A stretch of DNA of 64,000 nt from Amoebidium appalachense (GCA_963693365.1 CAVNZM010000005.1:7634710-7698709); one strand, 5' to 3'; shown: positions 28,982 through 63,190, numbered from the stretch's first letter. Notes: generated by a model from the letters alone, not told the origin. Made by a program: numbers and translations.

Positions 28982-29630
28982 GCACACACCGGGCCCCTCC
29001 CCCCTCCCCCTCCCCCCCCCCCCCCCCTCCCCTGCCAGTGGATGAAGCAATGCCGGCATGCCCCGGGACTCTGGCCCGCGGCACCGGTTCTTGTTAAAGA
29101 ATCTGAATCGACCCGCTGTTCACATATTGGAGTGAGTCTAGAGTTTCGAATCGCGGGCGACCCTTCGGCAAACTTGAAGATTACTACGAGCTAGACTAGA
29201 CTATCCGATCATATTTAATCACTCCCAGCCCTTTGTCTTGTACCTGAGCGGCTGCCGATTAAAGTTCAAATGTAGAACGTTTTGGCTCATTCTATCCCCT
29301 CCCTCCCCCCCCCCCCCCCCCCAATGATTCCCCGGCAATCCACGTGCACCCCACCCGCCCATGCACACAACACTCGTAGACACACACCGTGCGTACAACA
29401 CACTGTCACGTGGCACCATCTAATACTTTGTCCGCACGTGCGACACCACATCTACTAACTTAATAGTAAAGTTTGCCTAATTAACTGAGGATGGCCCGGA
29501 CGGTTGATATCACAGGGACAGAGAATCTGCGTGCTCTCGGCGCTACGAATGATTATCATTGAAACCCGGTCGGGGGGACACGGAGCACATAATATTATGA
29601 CCCCCAGCGAAATTCAGTAGGGCCTCTGGT

Positions 29631-30693
29631 CGCTTCACATTGTCAACTAAGGCCTGGCCTCCTCCTGAGCTGTGCGCCTTGAAAATATCATCAGCGAATG
29701 GGTGTCACTACTACTGTACTAGTATGGTCAGTGAGGAGACTGGATACTGTGTAATACGCGGCCTAGGTACTAATAGTACTTGTATGGTCACTAGAGTCAC
29801 TAAGTGACTCTTAGACTACCGTAGTCAAGACGGTGCTGCACCAGCCGGGCTACGCGCACAAATCTTTTCCCCGTGCGGAGACTGAGGCAGCAAGATTACA
29901 ACACTTCGCGGTCTAAAGTTTGAATTCATCTACCCGGATGACCCCCAATAGTGTCAGTAATATCAGTGAGGGCCTGCACAGCCTGTATTGGTCCTCAGAG
30001 ACCGTCAGTACTATTTGGGCGAGCTACTTACTACGGGAAGCCAGTTGGTCTTGCCAATGATTACGTCAGCCGTCGGCGACCGGCCCACTTACTAACCGTT
30101 GGCTAAGAACTGTTCTGTAAATTTCTTACCGAGCTTTGCGTACGGAGTACTATTGAGTGGGCCGTGCCGCCCTGGGAGGTCGGATAGTATGGTGAGCTTG
30201 AGTTCATTCATTCAGTGAGACAGACGCCACGCACTGCCCAGACTCTTTTGGCTTCAACGCGCGGGGCGGCCAAACCAGCTAGGCTAGTCCCCCGGGCCGG
30301 CAGCACTAAGCCGCAGAGTCGACCATTCAAAGTGGACCGCCCTACCTACTAGGCTACGTGCAACTGTTGCCTTCCTGGTTTCGAACATAATACGTAGCAC
30401 CACTAGTCTGAGGAGCCTCTTCGAGCTATAGCCTGCACGGGGCAGTCGTGCACTCACTGATAAATCGACCACTCGGAATCCGATTGCAGGAATTAGCGGC
30501 TGGCGCCATGGCATGGAGGCTAAACACGTTAACCCAACTGAAGCTGGAATACAATAAGAAATCACTAACCTACGGGGTACCCGTTCATGAATTAAATAAG
30601 ACAAAAGAGCCTTACCGTCGGTTGAATGCGCCGCCACGTTTTGAGGAACCGTTGAGTGCTGCGGCTTTCCAACGCACCGCGGGGCTCCCGTAA
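29631..30693 (+). pseudogene. Decayed intronless F-box / RNI-type leucine-rich-repeat gene relic
   Basis: Fragments in shifting frames: PPELCALK / IISEW...IRGLG..TC (F-box-like, weak, ~29660-29790), FLVSNIIRSTTSLRSLFEL* (30372-30431), then LHG, ALTD, and GIRLQELAAGAMAWRLNTLTQLKLEYNKKSLTYG (30475-30576). Removing short insertions gives two LxxLxLxx(N)xLxxxG units ~27-28 aa apart, the RI-type LRR period. Confidence 0.5.
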
Positions 30694-32447
30694 CCTTCGA
30701 GACTCGGTTCGAAACGGCAGTAGCAGTGAGCACACAGTGAAGGGTGAGTGACTGTGCTTAGTAAGGTACCGTTGTAAGAAAACTTTCAGCGTGTCGGCTA
30801 CTAGCCAAAGGTGAGTCAAATTATTACTGGTAACTTCGTGACGCCGGCGAGAGAAATACGGAGCCGGCAGGATGAAATAAAAAGCTCAACCGTTTAACTT
30901 GCAGTGCAACTCACCCGTATCCGTGCATACGATTGGTGCATGTGTATGTGGCAGCTGAAAAGTGCCAGAAACTCCTTATTATCAAAGCCTTAAAAGTCCC
31001 TGAGCACTCGCAAGCTCCCCGTCACGTGTGTGAATTGCTTTACAATTTTTTTTTCACGTTTCTGACTGCTGTGTGTGTGAGTGACGGGCAGGCCTGGCCC
31101 CGGAAAGTGAGACAACTACTCTACGGAGAAGCCAATGGCAACAGAAACCCATGGGAACAGGGTGGATTTCCAGTGTCCGTCCCCTCCAGAAACATAGACT
31201 TACTCAGTGGCCTCCGTCGAACTTCGCAAATTAATTCAAGTTGCAGAAAGTTTAACAGTGCTTCCGCAGAATTGTGAACGTGGTCAAAGCTGAAAGAAGA
31301 AAGAACAGAAAATGAATATAGAGAGATAACGCTATGCTCCGCAGGGCCTTAGACATCTAGCAACTGGCAACCAGTGCAGGCTAGCGAAATCTATAACCGC
31401 TTAAAGAGAGAAAATGCCAAGCTTGCGCTGACAATGTGTGACATGTGTGCAAGTCAACAGGCTGGGAACTGAGAAGCAGCCGCACCTTGCATGCCGGCTG
31501 TGCAGGCTGCTGCCGGCAACAGCAAGAAAGATAGGAACGTTTTCATTGGTTGTCTATAGCACGCACCATGGAATTCGAATTCACGGATATCAGATAAGTG
31601 CTTTTTGGATTATGATATTTAAGCGTATGCAGACACTGCAGAGAGATAATGTGTACATATGAGTTTGTTAAAAAATATTATAGTTATATTCAAAATTTTG
31701 TTTAAGTCCTACTATACCATCTTCTGCTTTTTAAAAAGAATCAGTGCGCGCCTTTGTTAAGAGCACCTCAGATTTCGTGATCCATCAAGTATTCAACAGC
31801 AACAATTGGATAAAGGTCATTCGTATGGTGGAAGGCTTACGAATCGGTGTTAGCTCACGTGAACCTAAAACAAGACCCGTCAACTTATAAGTTTTCTACA
31901 GTCATACAGTACACTATGTTGAAGCACAAAATCGTTATATCATTACCGACCTGTAATTAGCCCTTATTAAAAGACAGAAATTTGACAATTATTGCCTTCT
32001 TTCAACACCAATAGAACACCTACGACTCTACGAGCCATCGCGTCAACAGTTGTGATCGTTACGACAATTTTTTCGTCACGTAACTTCTGATTCGTGCCCT
32101 GGGGAAAAAGTGATCACCTAGTTCAACTTGATACTGTTACAGATACGAGCCGCTCCACGCATGCTAATATACTAGCGCTGACTGCAACACTTGAATGCAT
32201 GAATGAATAGACTGTGTGAACAAAAGAATGCAAAAACGAAACAAATTGACCAAGCAAGGCTTCTGAATAATAGTTTTTCTTTAATCATTTAACACCATAT
32301 TGTTTCTAATCTTAGGCATGGAGGATAAATATTTGGGATCACGTCCTTGGAATTTGTAGCCAATCGCATTCCTGAATGTTTATGATCAGTGCCAGGGTGT
32401 GAAATATAGACTACAGTATCGATTGGTTCGATCGGCAAGGTTGCGCT

Positions 32448-32869
32448 GGACCTGTTCGAACGGCCAGGTCCAGGTCTGGCAGCGGGTGATGGAAGGCAGC
32501 CAAATTTCTCGTATCAGACCAACGATCTGTTGGATTACATAGCCCCAGGCCTGGACGTCCAGAATCCGCATTCCGGAACCTGGACGACAGGCTGGAAAAC
32601 GATGCGTCGGATTTCAGCCTGTCGTTCCATCGCAGGCATGCGGTTTGGTTACAGCTGATTGGTCTACCGATTTCTGATCCCAGTCGATTACCTAGAATAA
32701 TGATCTTATAAACCTAAAACCACTCCTGACCGATCCGCAGCACGTCCAGCAGCTACTGTACGTCCAGCTAATCCTATAAGCCGGACGTGGCTCTCGCAAT
32801 TAGCTGCTTCAGCGGCCGCCGGCCAGTTTCCGGTCCCATTCGGGCGGACCTGGCCGTTCGAACAGGCCC
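32448..32869. mobile_element. MITE (422 bp), PIF/Harbinger (Tourist)-like terminal inverted repeats
   Basis: Left GGACCTGTTCGAACGGCCAGGTCC (32448-32471) vs right GGACCTGGCCGTTCGAACAGGCCC (32846-32869): 23/24 reverse-complement match. Internal palindrome ACGACAGGCTG...CAGCCTGTCGT. No coding capacity and no clean TSD. The superfamily call rests on the GGGCCTGTT-type terminus only. Confidence 0.8.
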
Positions 32870-34577
32870 ACTTGTAAGGCCAATATAGAGTGTACTGATA
32901 GTCTTACATCAGATACCCTTACTTGTGCCATGCCAGGGCCGGCCCCTTATCAGTTCCTCCGGAGTGTCTGCAGGAGGAGGCCATGCGATTCAGTCAGTGA
33001 CTGCTACATAGCTATAGTGTGACTGCGGCTGCATAACCTCGGTGTAAACCTTCGTAAGCCAAGTTCACATCTTTTAGGGACCTAATCTCGGGCATGCCAC
33101 GTGGAAGTTTGAAAAGCGCGCCCCCCCCCTCCCTCCCCCCGGTGGTTTAAAATGATTATCAAGCTAGGGCCTATTTATTTCTTACGGTGTTTGGCAACTG
33201 AGAAGAGGGGGGAGGAGGGGGGGGGGGGGGGGGGGGGGGGGGCAGGGGGGCGCCCGGGGCAGTGACGGGTATAAATTGGGCCCCGGGGTGGGGGCTGACT
33301 GGACTGAGGCCAGAGACTGGCCAGAGATAGGGGGAGTCACGGGGACTCGCCCCGGGGGAACCCACTCCCTGTGCAGCCGTCGCCGCAGCGCCTAGCATCA
33401 TCCGGGCCTAGGGACAGGGGGGATGCCCGGGCGTGCGGGGGGGCGGGGAGAGGGGGGGGGGGGGGGGGGGGGGGGGGGAAAGAGGGAGGAGGGACGCTTC
33501 TTACCCACCCACCCCTGGCCACAGGCTGCCTCTGCTCACACCAGATGTCACTGAGCCAATGTGAGAGCCTTGATTTTGCATGCAGCGGTTGCATTGCCAA
33601 AACCGTTAGTACTGAGGCCGCTAAGAAATACTATAGCCGTTGGGCCAAACTCAGGCTACATTCACCATAGGTAGTGGCAAACACACATAAGTGTACTCAC
33701 ATCATTAAATTAAATCTTATGACGTATTCACACGACCAAACAGATACTGGCAACCGTTCTCGAAGCGGATACTCACACACACACTAGGCAAGCACGTATA
33801 CACACATGGCAATGCTGTCGTGTACACTGTTGCACGCACACACATACATACCATCACGAGAACCGTTGGCACCCACACACACACGTTGTCGGACGTGCTC
33901 ACTATGTCCGATGTTCAGCTCAACTTCACACAAGCGGCGTATACACTGTTCACACATCAAGTACTTCTTTTCTTCACTCTCACTCCCCGCACCCGCCCCT
34001 CCCCCCTCCTCCCTCCCTCCTCACCTCCTCCCCTCCCCTTGAGTCGCCCTCCCGGCCGCCGGCGGCCAAGCCTCTCATCATGTTTCCTCCCCCCCCCCCC
34101 CCCCCCTCCTCTATTAGTAGAGCATACACGTTGGCTCGCACGTCGCATGGCATCACCAGCAATTGCACACATCCATGCACACACAAACGTTTCACAGAAA
34201 ACACACTCACGTGTAGAAGGAGAGTCTTATAGAGCCTCCGGATGTTTGGCCATCCGATTCGGGGCGCGCTTCGGGGGAGGGGGGGGGGGGGGGGGGGGGA
34301 CCAACCCACCCTGCAGCGGTAGAGCGAGTCTCTTGAAGACGAAGAGGGGGCCGGGGCGGGCACCAAACCCGTAAGCAGGTGGTTCCCGCTCCCCAGGGTG
34401 GGGGGAGGGGGGGGGCGGCACGTCGGTTTTGCTATTCGGCCCCCCCCCCCCCCTTCCCCCCCCCCCCCCCCCCCAATGATTTCAATACAAGAATCCATTG
34501 CCTGGCACAGGCACGTATGCCTGGCACAGGCACGTACGCCCTTACACACACACACACAAACACACAAACACACAAGC

Positions 34578-34664
<87 letters not shown>

Positions 34665-35260
34665 GACACACACACACACACACACACGCACACGTGGCAC
34701 ACACACGGTTGGTGACGGTGGTGGTACGCTGCGCATGCGAAAGTCATACACACACCTCGCATGTACATGTCAATGCATGTCACACACGGCTGCACGTGCA
34801 CACATTGAGTACATGTGCTCATGTGCTCACACACACACACACGTGCACCGCGGATACCGTGGCAAACCGTGGCACATACGGCGTGTGCAACTCACACGTG
34901 TACACAACTGTACATACAACCAACTTGTGTACTCATGTAAACACACGCACACGCACACGTACACACACGCACACAAACATATAGTATTACCCACACGCAC
35001 TCACGCACATAAACACACAAACGCGCGCGCTCATACACACGCACACACACACATTCGGCAATCCACGCACACACTGTCGCAGTGGAACCACGGATATACT
35101 ATACTTTAAAACACCGCTGTTAAAGCAGGGATCGGCGACAGCTGAGCTAGCTTAGCTATGATGCAGCTTGCATGCTGCTCAGCCTGTAATTACCGTTGAA
35201 CACAGTTCACTCAGGAGCTGTCCGGCGGGCCCATGGCAAGGCCTCCTACTCTGAGCCCAT

Positions 35261-35309
<49 letters not shown>

Positions 35310-36320
35310 GGGGTGGGGGGAGACGCGGAAGTGAGCACTGGTCGATGCGCGTTTGTCCAATCACTACAGCTCGCCCTTCTATATTACAACCAGGGTTCGG
35401 CACTTCATTTGCACTTCTCCCGCAAACATAATATTCCATCAGTCACATCCATATACGCCACTTTGCAAAGTTGCATACCTCTAAGGACTGAAACTTGTTA
35501 ATATAGCCGGTAGACTTTTGACAATTTTGTCTCATGCTCATGTTGGGGAATTTGAAATCCAGCATGATATTTTTAACCTTTTTTGCTCTGTGGCTTTTGA
35601 GATCGTTTATTTGCTAACCCTGCGTTGAGTGGTATTTGCGCAAAACGATTGCGTTATCGGAACGATTCACTTTGAAGAGACACAAGGTGCCACCTTGAGG
35701 AATACTTTTTAACGCTGTCACGCGGGGCCATTTTTTGGCATATGAATAGCCATTCTAGCCTAAGTACTGAGTTCATTTTAAAACTGTGGGTTTTGTATTG
35801 GAGCACGGTTAGTTGAATGAACTGTTGAGCTCTCCTTCGAACGTTGCCAGGTGTTTCAACTTCAATGAGCGGTGCCGACAGAGGAAAGAGCGAGCAGAAC
35901 AGTTGCGCATGTTCCAGTTGTAGGTTTGGTATTTTTTTTTAGGGCAGTTCACACAAGAGGCTTAATACGAGTTAAGTGAGCTGTTGTACTTAGTGGCGTG
36001 CCTGTGACAGACACAATAATAGTAAGCCGCAAGCACACGGACAACTCCTGACACCTCCAGCAGGGACGCCCACACTGACACTCAGAAGGTGCACACACAC
36101 GCACACACTTGCGAAGTCCTTGCGGGTGCGGACAAAAGTGCGTGCCCTCAGCCTGAATCTTGTTTAGTAAGAATACGAAACTGAGGAGAAATCCTGTAGC
36201 ATCTGGGGCCACACCTTCACTTTCCCATCCTTTTCGGCGGAAGAATTTGGCTTAGAAGGATGCTCACGCCAAGTTGGTGTCACATATAAATGTGTGCCAT
36301 CGTTAGGAAAGCCAAAGACC

Positions 36321-53468
<17,148 letters not shown>

Positions 53469-53513
53469 GCGGTTATTTAATTTCTCAACTTCGAAGTTCC
53501 CCTCCCTCCCCTT

Positions 53514-53550
<37 letters not shown>

Positions 53551-53681
53551 TTCCCTCTGCCTCCATCACCACCACCAAAACCATCATGATCACCCCAACA
53601 CCCTTCTTCCCTCATTAAGTTTTGTCGCGGAATGTCGTATCCCTGCTTATTCGTTTCGCAGCATCTCCCCCCCCTTCCCCT

Positions 53682-53748
<67 letters not shown>

Positions 53749-53768
53749 CACGCACACGCACACGCACA

Positions 53769-53879
<111 letters not shown>

Positions 53880-55185
53880 CACCGAAAGAATGGGAATACG
53901 AATGATGTTGAATGACCGGGTGGGTTTTGATGAATCTGAAATTACATGATTTATGTATTTATTTGTTTGTATGTGTTTTGTTTAGTTTAGTGTTTGTATC
54001 TTTCGAACACTCTGATCCCGCTATTCATTTACAATCTCTCGGTCATCCTCGAGTCCAAGATTATAAGTGACCGATGTTGGGAATAAGTTTGCTCATGTAT
54101 TGAGTTCCTTCTTTTGTGCACCATTTCAGTCTGAAGTAATAATATAATAATGTTGCAGTAATGGTGTTAGTATGTAATACGAGTGTTAACATAATGATGT
54201 ATGTATGCAACTGATGTTTTTAGAAAGGTCGAGAATTGATGTCGAATGTGGTTTCAGTTTCCCCCCCCCCCCCCCCCCTTGTATTACGGAAATGATGGTT
54301 TGGCGATGGTGGATCCGGAATGGGGTTTTGTGATAGACTGTAGGCCGTGATGAAAGGAGAGCCAGTTTGATAGAAAGAATAAATTGCTGAGAATAATTGT
54401 TATATAGATTGTCAGAGACATTTGCCGCAAGTGCGTGTGTGCTCTATGTGAAATGTTTTGAAGGGATGTGCATATGCTTGCATGGTGTGCATGCCTGTTT
54501 GACTGCGCCATGATGGCCACTGCATCGGGGATTCTCAGCACCAGTCACACCACACCACTCGACTTCTGTGTACACGTTTTTTAGGTGTGCTTACAAGTGT
54601 ACCGGTGTGAGTGTCAGTTTAGCTGGCGTGTTTACGTCACGGTGCAAGGACCCTGTCTGTCTGGGACCACATGTACATCCATGCGTGAATTCCGTACGAG
54701 TCATACGTGCAAGTCGCGGCAGATGCATGCATATGCGTGCACGTGCACGTGTAAGTAGTGCGCGTGCGTGTGCGCGCATCGCTTTCGCACTAAATTATTG
54801 GGTGTGTGAAGCTTATTACGGCTATGTGTGCGTAAGCACGCGCATGTATGCGTGTGTGCCACGTGCACAGGGTACCACCATCCGGCAGCAGTCATGAGCA
54901 GCAGAGGCAGATCTGGGCATGAGTGATCCGGGAGCTTTCCTATTGGCTTTCAGTAACAGCAATGCAATGATATGATTCGTATATCTTATCTTTTGGTGTT
55001 TGATTGGCCCGCCAGACCCCCTGAAAAACCGATCGCAAAAGAGCATGCACCTCATGCACACCGTCACACACACACACTCTTTGCCTCGAGTAAACAGCGT
55101 AAACCCCACACACACTTGCTCATTCACTCTTGTATTTTCCCCCCATTTTCAGTCTCGTACTTTACAGTGTAGAAACTCTTTGAAA

Positions 55186-55690
55186 ATGGTTGAGGCGTGG
55201 TACATGGATGATGACACGGCGGCAGACTGCCGCGAGGAGCACCGGCGCAGCCCCAACGAGGCCGTCAGCCTGGACGACCTCAAGAAGCTGGGCATCAGCT
55301 ACTGGTGCGTGCGCACACCTGTGAATGCACGTGCACGACACGCACACGCACATGCACACGCACACGCACACGCACGGGACAGAACCGGGCACACGGACAC
55401 GTAACGTGCAGGGAAATGGACACGCACACAGGCACGGATAGTTAAACAAGAGGATGCACTGTACATGGGCACACACACAGGCAAGCTCACACATGCGTGC
55501 ATGCACGGTGGCTCATCCTCTTCCATGAATAATTCCACACAACTATCACAACACACCGAAATCGCTAAATATTTTTTCAATCACATGGACACTGTTAACG
55601 GCTCGGATGCACGCACACGGACACTCGCCCCTATTCCACATTCTGCTCTCGCACCCCCCCAACCACCCCTGTGTGCTCCTCCCCCCCTCG

Positions 55691-55721
<31 letters not shown>

Positions 55722-56135
55722 CCCCTCCCCCCGACTCTCCTTAACCCACCTTCCCTCTCTCCTTCCACCTGCCCGCTTGCCCACTTTTCCAACTTCTCTG
55801 ATGCCTCTCCCTCGTTTCTATCCCATTTTTCCCCACTTGCGCGGCAATAACTCATGGATCTTTTTAGGATCAAAAGGGGGGGGGGGGGGGGGGAAGAAAC
55901 CGGCTTTGCTCGAGTTATGGAGGGGGAGAGGTGAGGGGGGAGGGAGGGGGGTTTTAATTTAGGAGACTGTGCGTATGCGCTTGCACACGTGTGTGCATGG
56001 TTATCGAGGGTGTTTTTTTGCACTTGGGTTAAACCCCTTTGGTGCAGGTTCATTGACCCCGAAGGCTGGGAGCAACGGATTAACGACCTGTGCACTGAGA
56101 GGTCGTACAAGAACAGTGACGAGGTGGGTGGTAGA

Positions 56136-56167
<32 letters not shown>

Positions 56168-56323
56168 GGGGGGGGGATGGGGTTGCAGGGTGGGTGTGTG
56201 CTTTGGGAAGTGGGGTTTGGGGGGAGGGGAGGGGAGGGGAAGGGGGGAGGGGGGAGGGGTAATACGTTCTAGTAGGTTGAGGAGGGAAGAGAGAGCAATG
56301 AGGCAAGGGAAGCAAGGGAGGAG

Positions 56324-56363
<40 letters not shown>

Positions 56364-57020
56364 GTGCGATGAAGGGTGGGTTTCAAGTGTGTGTGTGTGT
56401 GTGTGTGTGTTCGGGGGGGTGGAGTGGGGGAGAAGGGGGGTGGGGGAGGGGGAGGGGAGGGGAACATTTTATTGTGTTGAGGAGTTTCAAGAGGAGGGGG
56501 AGGGGGGAGGGGGAAGCAGCACACTCGAGAAGGAGTGTTTGAACGGGCGGTGTGTGTGTGTGTTTGAGGGGAAGGGGAGTGAAGTGGGGAGGGAGGGGGA
56601 AGGGGGAAGCGAGAATGAGAATTGTAAACAAAGGAGCAAGCAATATTGCGTGTGTTAAAAGGTGTTTAATTCGAAAGTTTGACGGATGATATGGGAGGGC
56701 GAGATGGGGAAATGTGTGGGAGTAAATAGACAAAGGGGGAGGAATGGATGCCGGGAGGGGAAGCAAGGGAAGGTTAAGACCTGTGGTTAGTCTTGCGGCA
56801 TGTATATTTAGTGAGGGAGGGGAACAACAAGAAACGAGAAAACACACAAACGAAAGGCACACGCGCACACACAGAACTTGGGTGCACATAGATACATGCA
56901 CAGACACACGACTGACAGGGTTGCAAATGTATAGGTGATTGTGCACCCCGAGAGGATGCCCAACTACGAGGCAAAGATCAAAATGTTCTTTGAGGAGTAC
57001 GGACACCCGTCCCCACCCGA

Positions 57021-57057
<37 letters not shown>

Positions 57058-57064
57058 ACACACA

Positions 57065-57124
<60 letters not shown>

Positions 57125-57363
57125 CTCTCTCTCTCTCTCTCTCCCCCTTCAACCCGCTGGATGAACGTGTCGAAACTCGGGCATTGTGGATGACTTGGGC
57201 GCTTGCTGGGATTGGGCTCTGTTTCAATGATGCTTACTCTTTGTGACTAACCCTGCATTGTGTTGTCCGCCGTGATTGTATATATCCTATTCCATAACCT
57301 CTTTCATGCTCATGCCACCCCCCCCCCCCCCCCCCCCTTCCGTCTAAACACACACGCACGCAC

Positions 57364-57435
<72 letters not shown>

Positions 57436-57725
57436 CCCCCTCCCCTTCTCCAAAAAAGCATCTACACACACACAGTTTTATCCCTCCTCCCTCCTCTAAA
57501 AATTCCTCCCTACCCCTCTATTTTCTTGTTTTTGTCATATATGTAACTGCCCCCCCCCCCCGGCGCCCCCGCAGACATCTTCACGAAGACGAAGAAATCC
57601 GCTATGTGCGTGATGGTTCGGGCTACTTTGACGTGAGGGATGCAAACGATAGGTGGATCCGCATCAAGGTGGCTGCCAACGACCTGATTATCGTCCCTGC
57701 CGGTTGGTATCCTTATCCTATCCCC

Positions 57726-57756
<31 letters not shown>

Positions 57757-57912
57757 ACACACACACACAACACACACTCCTCCTCCCCCCGCCTTCCCCC
57801 TTCCCCCTCCCCCCCTCCGTGGTGGCCCCTCACTTGTCGTGTCCTTTGTGTGTGTAGTGGATGGCGGTGTGCTCCTTGTATGTGCGCGATGTTCTGTGTG
57901 AAGCATTCTGAC

Positions 57913-57961
<49 letters not shown>

Positions 57962-58015
57962 ACACACGGACTGACGTGTGAGCACACATCCACACATGGA
58001 CACGTGTGCGCGCGT

Positions 58016-58091
<76 letters not shown>

Positions 58092-58116
58092 ACATACACA
58101 TACACACACACGTACA

Positions 58117-58156
<40 letters not shown>

Positions 58157-58328
58157 CACGCACACGTACACACACACAGGCATCTACCACCGGTTCACCA
58201 CGGACACATCCAACTACATCCATGCCATGCGCCTGTTCCAAGACGTCCCCAAGTGGACCCCCATTAACCGCCCGGCAGAAGACAACGCTTTCAGGATTCA
58301 GTACCTCAAATCTCTGGTCAACGCCTAG
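55186..58328 (+). CDS. ADI1: Acireductone dioxygenase (ARD, methionine salvage), 177 aa
   Basis: Exons 55186-55304, 56048-56123, 56935-56996, 57575-57702 and 58180-58328, all GT-AG and in phase (534 nt). Motifs [56 protein letters not shown] and PKWTPINRP, with the cupin metal ligands H-H-E-H intact. Confidence 0.98.
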
Positions 58329-58353
58329 GCGTGTTTGTAAACATAGACACACT

Positions 58354-58400
<47 letters not shown>

Positions 58401-59413
58401 AGGCACACTTGCACACACACGTTCCTCTACCCCTTTATTGCCCCACGCCGTTCTATAGCTACTGTTTCCATGTATAACGTTGGACACATTGAATCCAACC
58501 GTTGTAAAGACCGGGTATAGTTAGTATTGCACATTTACTTTGGGTGAGTGTTTTTTTTTCCTTGGGGCTGTTCCTTGCCGTCTTCCCTGAACCACTCAGA
58601 AGATTTCTTCGACTGACAAATGGAATTATACATAGATACTACAAAAACACACCCCTTTCCCGATTAACACACACGCAGACATCCAATGCAATTTTCTTGG
58701 TCTAGCCATTTGTTTGCTGTTTGAATGCTGATGAGCCAGCAAGCCGCAGCATAAAAATAGATTAAGGCCGGCCCTAAAAATTGAGTAAATAAAAATTTAT
58801 ACTGTTGGTTTCCGTATATGCACACCCACACAAGTCATGTCAAAAACCATGACTGGTTGGCATCATTCAGCACGTGCCTATCATGATGTTTTTTCGGCAA
58901 AAAAAACTAAGTCCCCCCCCCTCCTCCTCCAAAAAAAAAAAAAAAAAACTACCACAACGATCAGGCATTACTACACTATAATTTCAGCAAGTTGTCTTAT
59001 ATTACCAAGTCTAGAAGACTACAAAAGTATGCTTGTTTGCCATAGTTGTGTGATCAAATGCCAGTAATATTCGTCATATGTATCAATTGCAAGGGGCCAG
59101 GGCACAGGCCGTACGCGTAGGCCCCTCGTCAACTCTAGCTCTGGCCGCTGCTACGTACGTGTGTTACGGTAACGTTCTGGAGCATATGACTTTGTTATGA
59201 CTTGCTGGGAAATTGATCCATCCATATACCAAGAAATTCATTGCAAACCTCCTTTTTTTGGTGCGTGCCTGCTTGATGACCCGCGGCGATCGCGAATATA
59301 CATATACTGCAGTGCACCCAACAATGAAGGGCTGCAGCATCGCGCTGGCTAGCATGATTGGTGACCGTGGTGGTGGTCGTGCGCGTGGCCATGGCAAATC
59401 TCCCCCCGTCCCC

Positions 59414-59457
<44 letters not shown>

Positions 59458-59547
59458 AGCCGCCGCTGCTGCAACACACACGCACACGCACACAAAATTA
59501 AAAGTTTTTTGTTGTCAAGCTTGCTGTTTGGGTGCGGTGTGTGTGTG

Positions 59548-59601
<54 letters not shown>

Positions 59602-60461
59602 GTAAACGGCCCAAGCGCGTGCCACTGCATTAATACAGCCCCCTGCCGTTTCCACAACTCACGGCATAGCAAAGGTTTTAAATTTGCAGGGTGTCTGTTC
59701 ATTCTATATCACACTATGAAAAAGTATCCGGCCGTTGATGTTAATAATATTTCTTTTAAAAAAAAAATTGACATTCAGAATTTTAGGTTTTCCGATTATA
59801 TTGCACTGCCTCACACCCCAAGGACGCCTAGGGAGACAAATTCGACCTTTCTAAGTCTAACACCATTAATACATTAGTTCGATATACAACATCCGAGTGA
59901 TCGGCCTCCAAAACATTCTAAATGTAAAATCCCAACCATACACATTTTAAAGTTTAATTTTAAATACCAGTATGCATAGTACGTCCGATATTATGTTAAT
60001 TTTGGTGGATTCATTCGTTCGGCAGAAAAGCCACCCACCCCTCCAGCCCGTCCCACATATGCATCCACACAATACACGATTCGTGCGCACACGCATATGT
60101 GCGCATCTCATGTGTCTGTATACCGTAGGTGTTCGTGTGTTTGAGTGTGCGTGTGCATGTGCTGTGTGTGTGTGGCATTAGCATAGTGATTCGTGTGCGT
60201 GTGCCTGTTCATGTCCATGCACGAGGTTAGTGTGTGTGTGTGTGCCCATGTGCCCGTTTCATAGGTTTACACGTTCGACGCACTCTAGCTCTCTAATACT
60301 AAACCGATGTCAAGGGAGAAAACACGACCGTTCAAATTCGTTGCCTATTAACATCAATATCTCACTTTTGGTCACTGACTTTTGACTAACTTTATAATTA
60401 AAATGACCACCTTCTACCAAGATACATCTGTACAAATACACCTTTCTTTTCATTCATTTTC

Positions 60462-63184
<2,723 letters not shown>

Positions 63185-63190
63185 CTGTGT

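Noticed and set aside
59164-59605. Overlapping ORFs on both strands between ADI1 and stum
   Set aside because: No recognisable homology, and much of the length comes from poly-C and (TG)n.
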